The notes beneath the pieces are model-generated. The model searched no databases and had not been told where the DNA came from. It saw nothing but the letters and a program-made list of their open reading frames with translations. DNA of 64,000 bases from NCBI GenBank assembly GCA_965197285.1, contig OZ240092.1:4869303-4933302 (forward strand). Reading direction: 5' to 3'. Within the stretch, counting starts at the first letter, position 1. Every line of letters begins with the position of its first letter. The DNA comes from Acidobacteriota bacterium (GTDB lineage: Bacteria; Acidobacteriota; UBA6911; RPQK01; CBDAPI01). Below, one piece after another: positions 31,581-40,974 of this stretch. A program made the translations under genes and the position numbers.

Positions 31581-31904
31581 TCCCGAACCCTCCACTTTTC
31601 GGATCCGATACAGATCAACAAATTGAAACCCCTGCTTCTTGCTTGCACGACACGATCCAGTTACCGCCCCGATCCCACTCAAGAGGCTGATAATGTTGAA
31701 CTTTCCTGGCTCGAATCTGGTGGCGGTGGCCGTCTAGCGACACCACGCGATCCAAGAAATTGTACAGCAAAAATGGGGAAACTCCAAAACGTTGGATTCT
31801 TGGCTCTCAAGAGAATCCGGCAGGAGTGCTGGGCAAAGCGGACGTGCAGGGCCAGGGCAAGGGCGGGGCGGCGCGCACTCCCCTTGTGTTAGAGTCCGGA
31901 ATCG

Positions 31905-32624
31905 ATGAGTGGGCGAGACCGTCGCATCATCCTGGCGCTGGACGTGGAGGCCGGAGAGTTGGCCCTGGAGCTGGCTGCCCGGCTCAAAGACGAAATCGGT
32001 CTGTGTAAAGTGGGCCTGCAGGCCTTTACGGCCGGTGGTCCGGCCCTCGTGCAAGACCTGCGGCGGCTGGGCGTGGAGGTGTTTCTGGACCTCAAGCTTC
32101 ACGATATTCCGAACACCGTGGCAAACGCCGCCGCCCAGGCCGTCCACCTGGGTTGTGCCATGCTGACGCTGCACACAATGGGCGGAGTGCAGATGCTGCG
32201 AGCCGCCCGCCAACAGGTCGACGAGACTGCCCGGAAACTGGGGCGCCGGCCTCCCCGCCTGCTGGGTGTGACGGTCTTGACGAGCATTGACGCCGAACAG
32301 TTGGAGCGGGTCGGAATTCCCGCCCCCCCCCGCCGGCTGGTACGACGCCTGGCCGGAGTGGCGGTGGAGGCCGGGTTGGACGGAGTCGTCTCTTCCCCTC
32401 TTGAATTGGAGCTTCTGAGGGAGGAACCTCTCGACCGGCTGCTCCGAGTCACACCCGGTGTGCGGGCCTCGGGTGCCGAGAAGCACGATCAAAAAAGAAC
32501 GATGACTCCCCGGGAGGCCGTGCAGGCCGGTGCCGACTACCTGGTCATCGGCCGCCCCATCACTCACGACCCAGACCCGCTGCAGGCGGCTCGCCGCATC
32601 AATCGCGAGATTCGATCGTGCTGA
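31905..32624 (+). CDS. pyrF: Orotidine-5'-phosphate decarboxylase
   Basis: IILALD, KVG, FLDLKLHDIPNTV, VTPGVR, DQKR, VIGRPI. Confidence 0.97.
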   Translation: MSGRDRRIILALDVEAGELALELAARLKDEIGLCKVGLQAFTAGGPALVQDLRRLGVEVFLDLKLHDIPNTVANAAAQAVHLGCAMLTLHTMGGVQMLRAARQQVDETARKLGRRPPRLLGVTVLTSIDAEQLERVGIPAPPRRLVRRLAGVAVEAGLDGVVSSPLELELLREEPLDRLLRVTPGVRASGAEKHDQKRTMTPREAVQAGADYLVIGRPITHDPDPLQAARRINREIRSC

Positions 32625-33214
32625 ACTCGGCGCCCAATATGTCAGTCCTGCCCGTGCTAGTGGGGATCCTGCTGCCAGTCCTGCAGCCCGCTCCTGAGCC
32701 CAGGCCAGAGCCCCGGTTGGAAAAGGTCGATCAATCCAGTTGCCACATCTACATCGACTATCGCATCATCTGGACTCTCGAAGTGGCACAGCAGTTCAAC
32801 CAGGCTCCGGTTCCGATCCTCAATATCATCACCTTCGACGCCAAGGAGACACCTCTCAAGCCCGATCAGATTCACCTGTACGATGCCGGGGATCGAACCG
32901 CCGAAGTCAAGAAATTCGCCATTGAGACGGGCTTCGAGCCGTATATCACCAATTATCTGAAGGTCCTGACCTCGTCTTTCATCGGGCTCGATTTGCAGGG
33001 CGATTTCGAGGGCTTTTCAGAGCCCAGTCGCGTAGTCATTGAGCTGGGTGAAACCGAATACCGGCTGCAGGCCGTAGACTGCCTCGATTTCGAGATGCTG
33101 GCGGAGCGGATCAACAAGGTCAACTACGACAGTCCTGATATCAAGGAAGATTTCGACCTGCTGCGCGTCCCCCACGTCGGAACCACCGGCCGCATCAGGA
33201 AGGGACGCCGCTGA
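32618..33214 (+). CDS. Hypothetical secreted protein
   Basis: Hydrophobic leader, Pro-rich linker, typical codon usage, overlaps the pyrF stop. Confidence 0.65.
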   Translation: MLNSAPNMSVLPVLVGILLPVLQPAPEPRPEPRLEKVDQSSCHIYIDYRIIWTLEVAQQFNQAPVPILNIITFDAKETPLKPDQIHLYDAGDRTAEVKKFAIETGFEPYITNYLKVLTSSFIGLDLQGDFEGFSEPSRVVIELGETEYRLQAVDCLDFEMLAERINKVNYDSPDIKEDFDLLRVPHVGTTGRIRKGRR

Positions 33215-33255
33215 GTTTCGGCCCCCGAAGAGTGAGTGGGCCTACTGGAGGTCTT

Positions 33256-33446
33256 TAGGAACTATAAGGGGCCTCAGGGCCGCGACCGCCGGGCTGTGTC
33301 AAGAAAGAGTGGGCAGGGCCCCGGGGCAGCGACCGTTTAAATACCCCCGGGAGTCGCCACGGGGCCCTGCCCACTCTTTCGTCCCGGCCCAGCAACTCGG
33401 GGTCGCGCCCCTAAGGCGCCTCCCGCGTCGCCGCCCCAAGGCGCCT
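33256..33446. repeat. GTGG-type REP/REPIN palindrome serving as the IS110 target
   Basis: Perfect 21-bp IR GAAAGAGTGGGCAGGGCCCCG (33303-33323 / 33360-33380) nested in an outer imperfect IR; tandem AAGGCGCCTCCC(G/A)C units, the second split by the IS110. Confidence 0.75.
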
Positions 33447-33574
33447 TATAGTTACTAACGATCTATTTTCCAACGATGGATTAGAAATAGTAGCGATTTT
33501 CTTTTTTGCTGCTTTTTTCTTTTCTGGGTTGTGGGAAAAAGTTTGCGCCGGGAGCGATCGAGGATTTGATTGCC

Positions 33575-33751
33575 TCTGTGCAGCACGCGCACCGTGGCGT
33601 TACGAATTTAAGGCGCCAGCGTACGAGACGCTTGGTGGGAGACTTTCGAACGCCACGGTGCACAGACAGCAAACGCATACTCTAGATGCTGTCCTTCGAG
33701 GACTCGACTATAAGGGTTGCGCAAGGTCTGGGCAAGCGTGTGCTGCGCAGA
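33575..33751 (+). ncRNA. Predicted IS110 bridge RNA
   Basis: Closing stem CTGTGCAGCACGCGC / GCGTGTGCTGCGCAG and two stem-loops with internal loops whose strands match target (TAAGGCGCC, GTGGGAGAC) and donor (AGATG, ACTATAAG) junction sequences. Confidence 0.8.
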
Positions 33752-33764
33752 AAGGAGTGGCGCA

Positions 33765-34068
33765 ATGTTAGCCACAGAACAGATCGCAGCATGGGTAGGA
33801 TTGGATTGGGCCGAAGATCAACATGAGATCCGACTGCGGGCCGCCGGCAGTCGGGAAGTAGAGAGGTATCAGGTGCGGCAAGACCCGGAAGAGTTGCACG
33901 AATGGGTACGCCAGCTAAGAACCCGTTTTGAGGGTCGTCCTGTGGTGATTGCCCTGGAGCAAAAGCGGGGAGGGTTGATGGCGGCGCTGATGTGCTATGA
34001 CTTTTTGCACCTGTACCCGATCAATCCGAAGACGGTGGCGAGCTATCGAGAGGCATTTTCACCCTCCG
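33765..34068 (+). CDS. IS110 recombinase/transposase, exon 1
   Basis: AAAGGAG RBS; VGLDWA (D1), ALEQ (E2), YPINP...YREAFSPS. Confidence 0.9.
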
Positions 34069-34561
34069 GTGCGCCGGCGCAAACCGGTGAGTAGCAGAGA
34101 GCGAGAGTCTCTCACAGGAAAGGAGTAGCGAACCATGCTGACCCCGAGTCATGCGTGTGTACTCGTAAGAGTGCAGGCGAAGCATTGACAGGGGCACGTG
34201 CGGGCCAGGTATTGAGCCGCGGAAGGAAAATGACTTCGGGGGGCCGACGTAGTCGTAGGATCGGAAGGCAACATGGAACCGTTCGCTAATCGCGAGAACG
34301 ATTCCGCCCCCGCGTGGTCCCGAGACCTTGTGCACGTACGGAAGTTGCTTACACGGGAGCCGGGAGATCCCGCCTCTGACCCCAGGGGGATGGCCCCAAG
34401 GTCCGCGCTGTGAATCCGAAAGGAGCACGACAGCGATGCACGGAGGCGGGAAGTCGGACAGGCTGATAGTAGCTGAGAAGCGCTCGAACAAAGACGGCGG
34501 TGCGCCGCGGTCGGCGGAGAGGGTGGAGCCAAGCGGCCTGGCCAAAGGGAATTCGTCCTAG

Positions 34562-36213
34562 CCCGGATTATGCAAGAACCGTAGTTCGGTGTTGAAAAAC
34601 GACTCGAGAAGTGGCCCAACTCGGAAGCGGGCAGGTGTGACAGGCGGATTTGCGAAGAATATGGGTTGGCGAGGCGTTTGAGTGGTTTGGGGAGTGAATT
34701 TCAGACAGATCTGGGCCTGGATGAGTGTCGGAAGCGGTTTTTCGGGGGAGCTGGGAAAAGCTAACTGGAGTTCAGGCGACTCAAGACGAGGTGGAAGAGG
34801 GGTTGTTCGGGGAAGGCTGAGGAAAGATGGACCCAGATGCGTCGAGTGGTTTGTCGGATCCGGGCCCCAATCTTGAGGACCCGACGACGTAAGGTTTCGA
34901 TTTCGAGCTTGTGCCAGGGGGTTCCGTGAAGATAGTCGCGCAGGCGCACGAACATCTGGTAAGCCAGTGCATGCAGGAGGAGTCGAAACTGATTGGCCAG
35001 GAATCGATGACAGCTGAGTCGGTCCATGCTCAGATGATTCTTGAAGGCCTTGATGAAGTTCTCGGTCTGCCCTCGGTTTGTGTAGTGGTCATAAAGTGAT
35101 TGGGAGCAGAGATCGTCCCGGTTGGCAACTACAAAGCGACGATTGATGCCACGCTGATCGACCTCCACTTTGACAATGACGCGACGGGATCGATCCCAGC
35201 TGTGGGCTCGATAAAGAAACTCGTCAAACTGACGCTGTTTTTCCTCCAGCTCAAGGAACCTCAGCCGAGTCGAATCCAGCAGGGGCTCGACCACTCGCTG
35301 CAGGCGAGGGTTTCGACTTAACCCAATGACATACTGGAGTTTATTCTCTTCACATTCACAGAACTCGTAGAGCCGAGGCGTGGCAAAGCCGCTGTCGGCC
35401 CGAATCTCAATCTCGACATCCGTCCCCACTGCTTGTCGGATGGCCTCCACGACTCGCTTCAGAATGGGCACGATGTGAGAGGCAGCCCCCTTGTTGCCAG
35501 GTCTCAACACGGCACAGACCAGGTCTCCCGTGTCGGCATCGAAGATCAGCAAAGGATGCAGAATGTGGTTTCGGTAATACCCGTGGTAGAAGGAGAACTC
35601 CTGTTGGCCGTGAGTGTGGTCGTCGGTACTGTCCAGATCCAGGATGATCTTGCTGGGACGTCTCTTCTTCAGGGAGCGCACATAACGGCCTGGCAGCCAC
35701 CGGCTCAGACGCATCAGATCCTTCTTGGTGACGGAGTTCTCCAGGCGGGAGAAAGTCGGCTGGGTGGCCAAATCGGGATCGCTCTCTGGCAACTGATCAC
35801 AGACGGTCTTGAGCATCGGATCCGAGCGCAGCGTATCGGCGTCATTACAGTCTTCGTAGCCGGCCACGATCTGCAAGACTCGTTGTCGGATCAACTTCAA
35901 CAGGTCATGACGAACGTAGCGTCGGTCTCGACTTTCCGAAATACACGAACTGAAGCCCTCGCACAATCGATGTTGACGATCCAGCGATCCAAACAACAAC
36001 CATCCTGCGTCGGAAGTGAGGCTCCCCCCATCAAAACGAGCCGTGATGTTTCTGTGGCTATGAAATGGCAGGGTATTCTGGCAGACTGTTTTTGACATTG
36101 CCGTAGCTCCTGTTTAGGGTCATTGTTTTTGTAAACCCTTTTATATCAGAGAGCTACGGCCTTTTTCCTGGGCCCAAATCTCACTCGGATTCAGATCTTT
36201 TGCATAATTCGTC
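34562..36213 (-). mobile_element. IS1380-family element inside the group II intron
   Basis: Ends CCCGGATTATGCAA ... TTGCATAATTCGTC; CTAG duplicated at 34558-34561 and 36214-36217. Confidence 0.88.
34761..36098 (-). CDS. IS1380-family transposase (DDE_Tnp_1_4)
   Basis: FDGGSLTSDAG, AGYEDCND, LDLDST, HGQQE, IRADSGF, RGQTENFIK, FLANQFRL. Confidence 0.95.
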   Translation of the reverse strand: MSKTVCQNTLPFHSHRNITARFDGGSLTSDAGWLLFGSLDRQHRLCEGFSSCISESRDRRYVRHDLLKLIRQRVLQIVAGYEDCNDADTLRSDPMLKTVCDQLPESDPDLATQPTFSRLENSVTKKDLMRLSRWLPGRYVRSLKKRRPSKIILDLDSTDDHTHGQQEFSFYHGYYRNHILHPLLIFDADTGDLVCAVLRPGNKGAASHIVPILKRVVEAIRQAVGTDVEIEIRADSGFATPRLYEFCECEENKLQYVIGLSRNPRLQRVVEPLLDSTRLRFLELEEKQRQFDEFLYRAHSWDRSRRVIVKVEVDQRGINRRFVVANRDDLCSQSLYDHYTNRGQTENFIKAFKNHLSMDRLSCHRFLANQFRLLLHALAYQMFVRLRDYLHGTPWHKLEIETLRRRVLKIGARIRQTTRRIWVHLSSAFPEQPLFHLVLSRLNSS

Positions 36214-36257
36214 CTAGCAAAACAAGTGCCGGACACAGAGCCGGGAGAGGAATCGAT

Positions 36258-37655
36258 ATGGAGGACTCTAAACGGGCACCAAGCGGGAAATCGCGGACAC
36301 AGCCAAGAGACCGCACCTACGTCGAAACCGAGGACTTGCAAAGTGCGCTGGAACGGATACGGCAGGTAGCCTGCCGGGATAAGGAGCTACGGTTCACGTC
36401 GCTCTGGCACCACGTCACTAACATCGATCGACTCCGGCAGGCTTACTTCGGCCTCAAGCGCAATGCCGCACCGGGCGTGGATGGATTGACGTGGCAGCAA
36501 TACGGAGAGAGCCTCGAGGAGAACCTCCAGGATCTATCCGCAAGGCTCAAACGCGGAGCGTACCGAGCCAAGCCGGTTCGGAGGGCCTATATACCGAAGG
36601 CCGATGGGCGGCAGCGTCCGCTCGGAGTGACTGCATTGGAGGATAAGATCGTCCAGCGGTCTACGGTCCAGGTATTGAACGCCATCTACGAAACCGACTT
36701 TCTCGGCTTCTCGTATAGTTTCCGCCCGGGGCGCAGTCCACACCATGCGTTGGACGCGCTCTATGTCGGAATCATGCGCAAGCGAGTGAACTGGGTGCTG
36801 GATGCGGACGTTTGTGGGTTTTTCGATGCCATCGACCACAAATGGCTGTTGAAGTTCATCGAGCACAGAATCGCCGATCCACGTGTTATCCGCCACCTTA
36901 AAAAGTGGCTCAAGGCGGGGATCGTGGAGGATGGGAAGCGAACCGAGATCGAATCCGGTACGCCTCAAGGCGGGAGTGTTTCACCCGTGTTGGCTAATGT
37001 GTACCTTCATTATGTGTTCGATCTATGGGCCGACCAATGGAGACGCAGGCACGCTCGTGGCGATGTAATCATCGTCCGGTTTGCCGACGACTTCACAGTG
37101 GGTTTCGAGTTTCGTGAAGATGCCGAGCGTTTTCTGGCAGACTTGCGGGACCGGTTCCACACGTTTCACCTGGAACTGCACCCCGACAAAACGCGCTTGA
37201 TCGAGTTCGGGCGGTACGCCGCTCGGGATCGCAAGCGCCGTGGAGAAGGGAAGCCCGAGTCTTTCGACTTCCTGGGTTTTACGCACACGTGCGACAGAAC
37301 CCGGAACGGGAGATTCATCGTGCTGCGGCAGACCATGCGGAAGCGCATGCAAGCGAAACTGCGAGAGATCGCTCGCGAGCTTCGGTATCGCCTGCATGAA
37401 CCCGTCCCGGTAGTGGGTCAGTGGTTGCGCAGTGTAGTACAGGGACATTTCCAGTACTATGCCGTACCGCGTAACCATCGCAAGCCGGCCGCTTTCAAGT
37501 ATCAGGTCTATCGACTCTGGCTGCGTGCGCTAAGGCGTCGTAGCCAGCGTCATCGGATCACTGGAGAGCGGATGAACCGCCTAGCGACAAGATGGCTTCC
37601 TGCACTGCGAGTTGTACACCCTTATCCCGAACAGCGACTGCGCGTTATTACCTGA
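36258..37655 (+). CDS. ltrA: Group II intron reverse transcriptase/maturase without endonuclease domain
   Basis: APGVDG, YIPKADGRQRPLG, SYSFRPGRS, GTPQGG..SP.LAN, RFADD, FDFLGF and domain X; ends just before domain V. Confidence 0.95.
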   Translation: MEDSKRAPSGKSRTQPRDRTYVETEDLQSALERIRQVACRDKELRFTSLWHHVTNIDRLRQAYFGLKRNAAPGVDGLTWQQYGESLEENLQDLSARLKRGAYRAKPVRRAYIPKADGRQRPLGVTALEDKIVQRSTVQVLNAIYETDFLGFSYSFRPGRSPHHALDALYVGIMRKRVNWVLDADVCGFFDAIDHKWLLKFIEHRIADPRVIRHLKKWLKAGIVEDGKRTEIESGTPQGGSVSPVLANVYLHYVFDLWADQWRRRHARGDVIIVRFADDFTVGFEFREDAERFLADLRDRFHTFHLELHPDKTRLIEFGRYAARDRKRRGEGKPESFDFLGFTHTCDRTRNGRFIVLRQTMRKRMQAKLREIARELRYRLHEPVPVVGQWLRSVVQGHFQYYAVPRNHRKPAAFKYQVYRLWLRALRRRSQRHRITGERMNRLATRWLPALRVVHPYPEQRLRVIT

Positions 37656-37733
37656 GGTAAGAGCCCAGTGCGGTAGTTCCGCTCGCTGGGATCTGTGCGG
37701 GGGGCGATCCGAAAGGATCGTCCCTACCGCGAC

Positions 37734-38695
37734 GTAAGAAGGATGATCCGGAAGATTCGGACTTGTTGCTGGAGCTGGTGTACAGACACCGGGATCGATT
37801 GCGTTGTTGGAGACCGGAGGCGGCCCAGACCCGGGAGCTGGCGCTGTTGGTGGAGGGGCGACGCCAGTTGGTGGAGAGGCGCAAAGAACTGGTGCAGCAA
37901 CTGCGCGAGGTCTTGAAGAGCTACTATCCGCAGCCTTTGCAGTGGTTTGCAAAGTTGGATGGGCCGCTGGCTCTGGAGTTTTTGAGGCGCTGGCCCACCT
38001 TGGAGCAGGCTCGCAAAGTGCGGATCGATGTACTGGGTCGCTGCATGGCACGACATCGAGTACGCTGTGCCGAGACGAAGCTGCAAACATTGCTCGAGCA
38101 GATCCGTGCCAGTTACCCACTGACCCAGGATGAGGCTCTCATTGGAGCCGGTTCACTGAAACTGGTGGGCCTGGTCGAACAGCTCTCGGTTCTGCTGCCG
38201 ATCATCAAACGCTACGACAACCGCATTGCCACGCTCTTCGCCGAGCATGAAGATGCCGCTCTGTTTGCAAGCTTCAGCGGAGCCGGGCCGGCTCTGGCTC
38301 CTCGCTTGTTGGCGGCCTTCGGGTCGGATCGCAGTCGCTTTGAGGATGCTGAAGAGGTCCAAAAATGGAGCGGCATCGCTCCCGTAACACGAAAGAGCGG
38401 ACGAAGTTCTCAGGTGGTCTGGCGTCGAGGCTGTCCCAAGTTTATTCGCCAAACCTTTCATGAGTTTGCGGCCTGCTCAATTCCGCAATCGTCCTGGGCT
38501 CGTGCTTACTACCTGCAGCAACGTCAGCGCGGTCTCAAACACCACGCTGCCGTTCGATCTTTAGCTTACAAATGGATTCGCATTCTCTTCCGTTGCTGGA
38601 TGGATCGAGTCCACTATGACGAGGAACTCTACTGCCGGAGTCTCCAGAGGAGCAACTCTCCTCTTGTGGCTCTGATGCAACCGGCTTGTGGATAA
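37734..38695 (+). CDS. IS110 recombinase/transposase, exon 2
   Basis: (G)KKDDPEDSDLL (D3/D4), LKSYYP, GAGPALAPRL, SGIAPVTRKSG, AVRSLAYKWIRI; spliced ORF is 1266 nt = 421 aa. Confidence 0.9.
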
Positions 38696-38774
38696 GCTTC
38701 AAAAAAAGGGAGACAATTCTCTTGACTTATGAGCTCAGATGTCTCCCACATTCGGACCCCTGATTCCGGGATGG

Positions 38775-39647
38775 CTAGACGGCCCGCGGGACGAATACCT
38801 CTACCGAACGTCTGGCGACGCTGAAGTCCATGGGCAGAGTTCCGATGATCTCCCCGTCCATCTGCACCGGTATCGAGTCTTTGCCTCTCACGCTGATGTG
38901 CCTGGCCTTGACGTAGTGGACGTCGGGCAGTTTTACATGGCCCCCGGTGAGGACCCGCAGCAGATAGGTGACATAGCGCTTGCGATCGCGGGAGGTGAAA
39001 AGGCAGATGTCCAGACAGTCCTCGGTGACGTCGGCGTCCGGCGCCAGCTGGAGATGTCCTCCGTAAAGGCGGCTGTTGCTGATCACGGCGAAAGTGGCCT
39101 CCGCGGAGCGCCCGTCCAGGTAGATCTCGAATGGTTCCAGGGGAAGGTGTCGGTACGCTCGCAAGCCCGCCAGCCAGTACGAACCGACCCCGAAACGGCG
39201 CTTCAGTGCGGAAGAGGTCTGATCGATGACTTGGCTGTCCAATCCCACCCCGGCCATCAGATGGAAGTAATTGGGCCCGCTCTTGCCCAGGCGGATGCGG
39301 GTCCGGGTGCCCTCTTTCAAAAGGCGCAGCGCCCGGGTGGGGTCTCTGGGGATCGACAGTTCCCGGGCCAGCACATTCGCGGTTCCGGCCGGAAGAACGG
39401 CCACGGGGAGTTGAAGATCCAGTGCAGGTTCCAGCACCTGGTGGATGGTCCCGTCTCCCCCGTACGCAATGATCAGGTCATGGTCGTGCAGATCCTCGCT
39501 GCGAAGGGCTCCCGATGCCGGACTGGAACGGACGGCAGTGACCTCCAGCCCCATGGCATGGATTGCTTCGATCAGCTTTTGCCTTCTCCTTGGCGAGAGG
39601 GTGATTCGACCGGCGTTGGGATTGTAATAAAAGAGTGCACGTTTCAT
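38775..39647 (-). CDS. Diacylglycerol/lipid kinase family protein
   Basis: YNPNAG, GGDGTIHQV, PAGTANVLA, AGVGLD, QMDGE. Confidence 0.92.
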   Translation of the reverse strand: MKRALFYYNPNAGRITLSPRRRQKLIEAIHAMGLEVTAVRSSPASGALRSEDLHDHDLIIAYGGDGTIHQVLEPALDLQLPVAVLPAGTANVLARELSIPRDPTRALRLLKEGTRTRIRLGKSGPNYFHLMAGVGLDSQVIDQTSSALKRRFGVGSYWLAGLRAYRHLPLEPFEIYLDGRSAEATFAVISNSRLYGGHLQLAPDADVTEDCLDICLFTSRDRKRYVTYLLRVLTGGHVKLPDVHYVKARHISVRGKDSIPVQMDGEIIGTLPMDFSVARRSVEVFVPRAV

Positions 39648-39684
39648 CCCAACCTGCTCAAAGCAATTTCGGTACCAGGGGACG

Positions 39685-40974
39685 CTACTCGGCGGCGGGC
39701 TGGGCCGGGGCGGGCTCAGGAGCTGCCAGTGTGTGGTCGAGCTGAAGCAAAAAGCGGTCACGAACCGCCGCAAAAGCACTCCGGTAGCGTTCTTCCAGAG
39801 GCTTGTCGGACGGCCAGGCAATGCGGCGGCGCGGATTCAAGTACCGGCCTCGCGCGTCCCGCACCCGGTAGTCCAGGTGAGGGCCGGTGGCCAGGCCTGT
39901 CGAGCCCACCCGGCCCAGCACGTCTCCCTGGCCGACTTTTTGCCCCGCCTTCACCAGGATTCGAGAAAGATGTGCATAGCCGGTTCGGTATCCATTGGGA
40001 TGGCGAAGCTCAACGAATTTCCCGAGTCCGCCCTTCCATCCCGTGAAAGTGACCGAGCCGCTGGCTGAAGCCAGGACGGGAGTGCCTGCAGGGGCTGCAA
40101 AATCGATTCCCAGGTGGGGCCGTCGGCGCTTCAGAACCGGATGGAACCGGTTATAGCTGAAGCCGGAGCTGATGCGCGGGCTGAATCGGAAAGGAACCTT
40201 GAGAAAGGCCTTCTTCACGGAATTGCCCTTCCGATCATAGTACTTGACCTGGCCGCGCTCCGGCAGCACGAAGCGGAAGGCGAAAAAATCCTTTCCGCCG
40301 GTTGTGAACTGGATGGCGTGGATGTCTCCATACTTAACCAGCCGCCCGTCCCGATACTTCTTATCCACGACCACCCGGAGGCTGTCGCCGGACTGGATGG
40401 CAGAGAAGTCCACGTCCCACTGCAGAATCCAGGCCAGATCCATCACCAGCTGATCTTTCTCGCCGATATACAGCAGCGCAGACCAGAGTGACTCCTCGAT
40501 ACTGGCCTGGATGGTCGCGGTTTTCGTTTCAACCTCGAAGGTCCGGCGCGAGCCCCGGTATCGTTGGCCGTCCCATTCCACCAGCAGGTACTCTTCGTCG
40601 TTGATCTCGTAGCGGAGACTCTCCAGTGTTCCTCCCGGGCTGATCCTGAGAGTGTAGTCGTTCCCGGCCCGGACCCGGTTAAGGTTGTAAGCCTCCCGTG
40701 AGTCTTCGATGAGCTCATGGATCTCGCGGGGAGTGAAGTTGTGCCCGAGCAGCAGGTCCTGCAACGTGGAGTTGCCGGGGAGGGTGCCCTTGATGATATG
40801 AGACGAGGGTTCGGCCTGAGGATTGTCCGGCGCGGGCGCCCGAGCGGTGGGCTGTTGTGCTACGGGGTCACTGGAACGGGACGAATCGGAAAGAACGGCA
40901 AAGAGAGCCACTGCCAGGAGCAGTCCGCCCGAGGCCGCTGCCCACGGTTTCATGCGGGTCTTCTCAGTCGACAT
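39685..40974 (-). CDS. M23 family peptidoglycan DD-endopeptidase (MepM-like)
   Basis: N-terminal TM, HLGIDFAA and TGPHLDY zinc motifs; start chosen at MSTEK. Confidence 0.92.
   Translation of the reverse strand: MSTEKTRMKPWAAASGGLLLAVALFAVLSDSSRSSDPVAQQPTARAPAPDNPQAEPSSHIIKGTLPGNSTLQDLLLGHNFTPREIHELIEDSREAYNLNRVRAGNDYTLRISPGGTLESLRYEINDEEYLLVEWDGQRYRGSRRTFEVETKTATIQASIEESLWSALLYIGEKDQLVMDLAWILQWDVDFSAIQSGDSLRVVVDKKYRDGRLVKYGDIHAIQFTTGGKDFFAFRFVLPERGQVKYYDRKGNSVKKAFLKVPFRFSPRISSGFSYNRFHPVLKRRRPHLGIDFAAPAGTPVLASASGSVTFTGWKGGLGKFVELRHPNGYRTGYAHLSRILVKAGQKVGQGDVLGRVGSTGLATGPHLDYRVRDARGRYLNPRRRIAWPSDKPLEERYRSAFAAVRDRFLLQLDHTLAAPEPAPAQPAAE

Larger units (their letters stand above)
34069..37733 (+). 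mobile_element. Group II intron (about 2009 nt without the IS1380)
   Basis: 5' end GTGCG at 34069; domain V GAGCCCAGTGCGGTAGTTCCGCTCGCTGGGATC from 37661; domain VI ending CCTACCGCGAC at 37733; removal restores the host reading frame. Confidence 0.95.
33445..38744 (+). mobile_element. IS110-family element (1635 bp without the intron), CT core at both junctions
   Basis: Left junction aaggcgc-CT-tatagt, right junction cagatgt-CT-cccac; no TIRs; circle junction gives TTGACT-17 nt-TATAGT. Confidence 0.88.

Noticed and set aside
34069-34560. EBS1/EBS2 assignment for the intron (CGGAGG near 34441 complements the exon end CCTCCG)
   Set aside because: That segment appears to pair internally with CCCGCCTCT near 34369; EBS loops cannot be assigned reliably without folding and alignment
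36258-37655. Reverse transcriptase as a retron, DGR or defence-associated RT
   Set aside because: It has domain X, flanking GTGCG and domain V/VI ribozyme ends, and its removal restores the host ORF, so it is a group II intron protein; FADD for YADD is a tolerated variant
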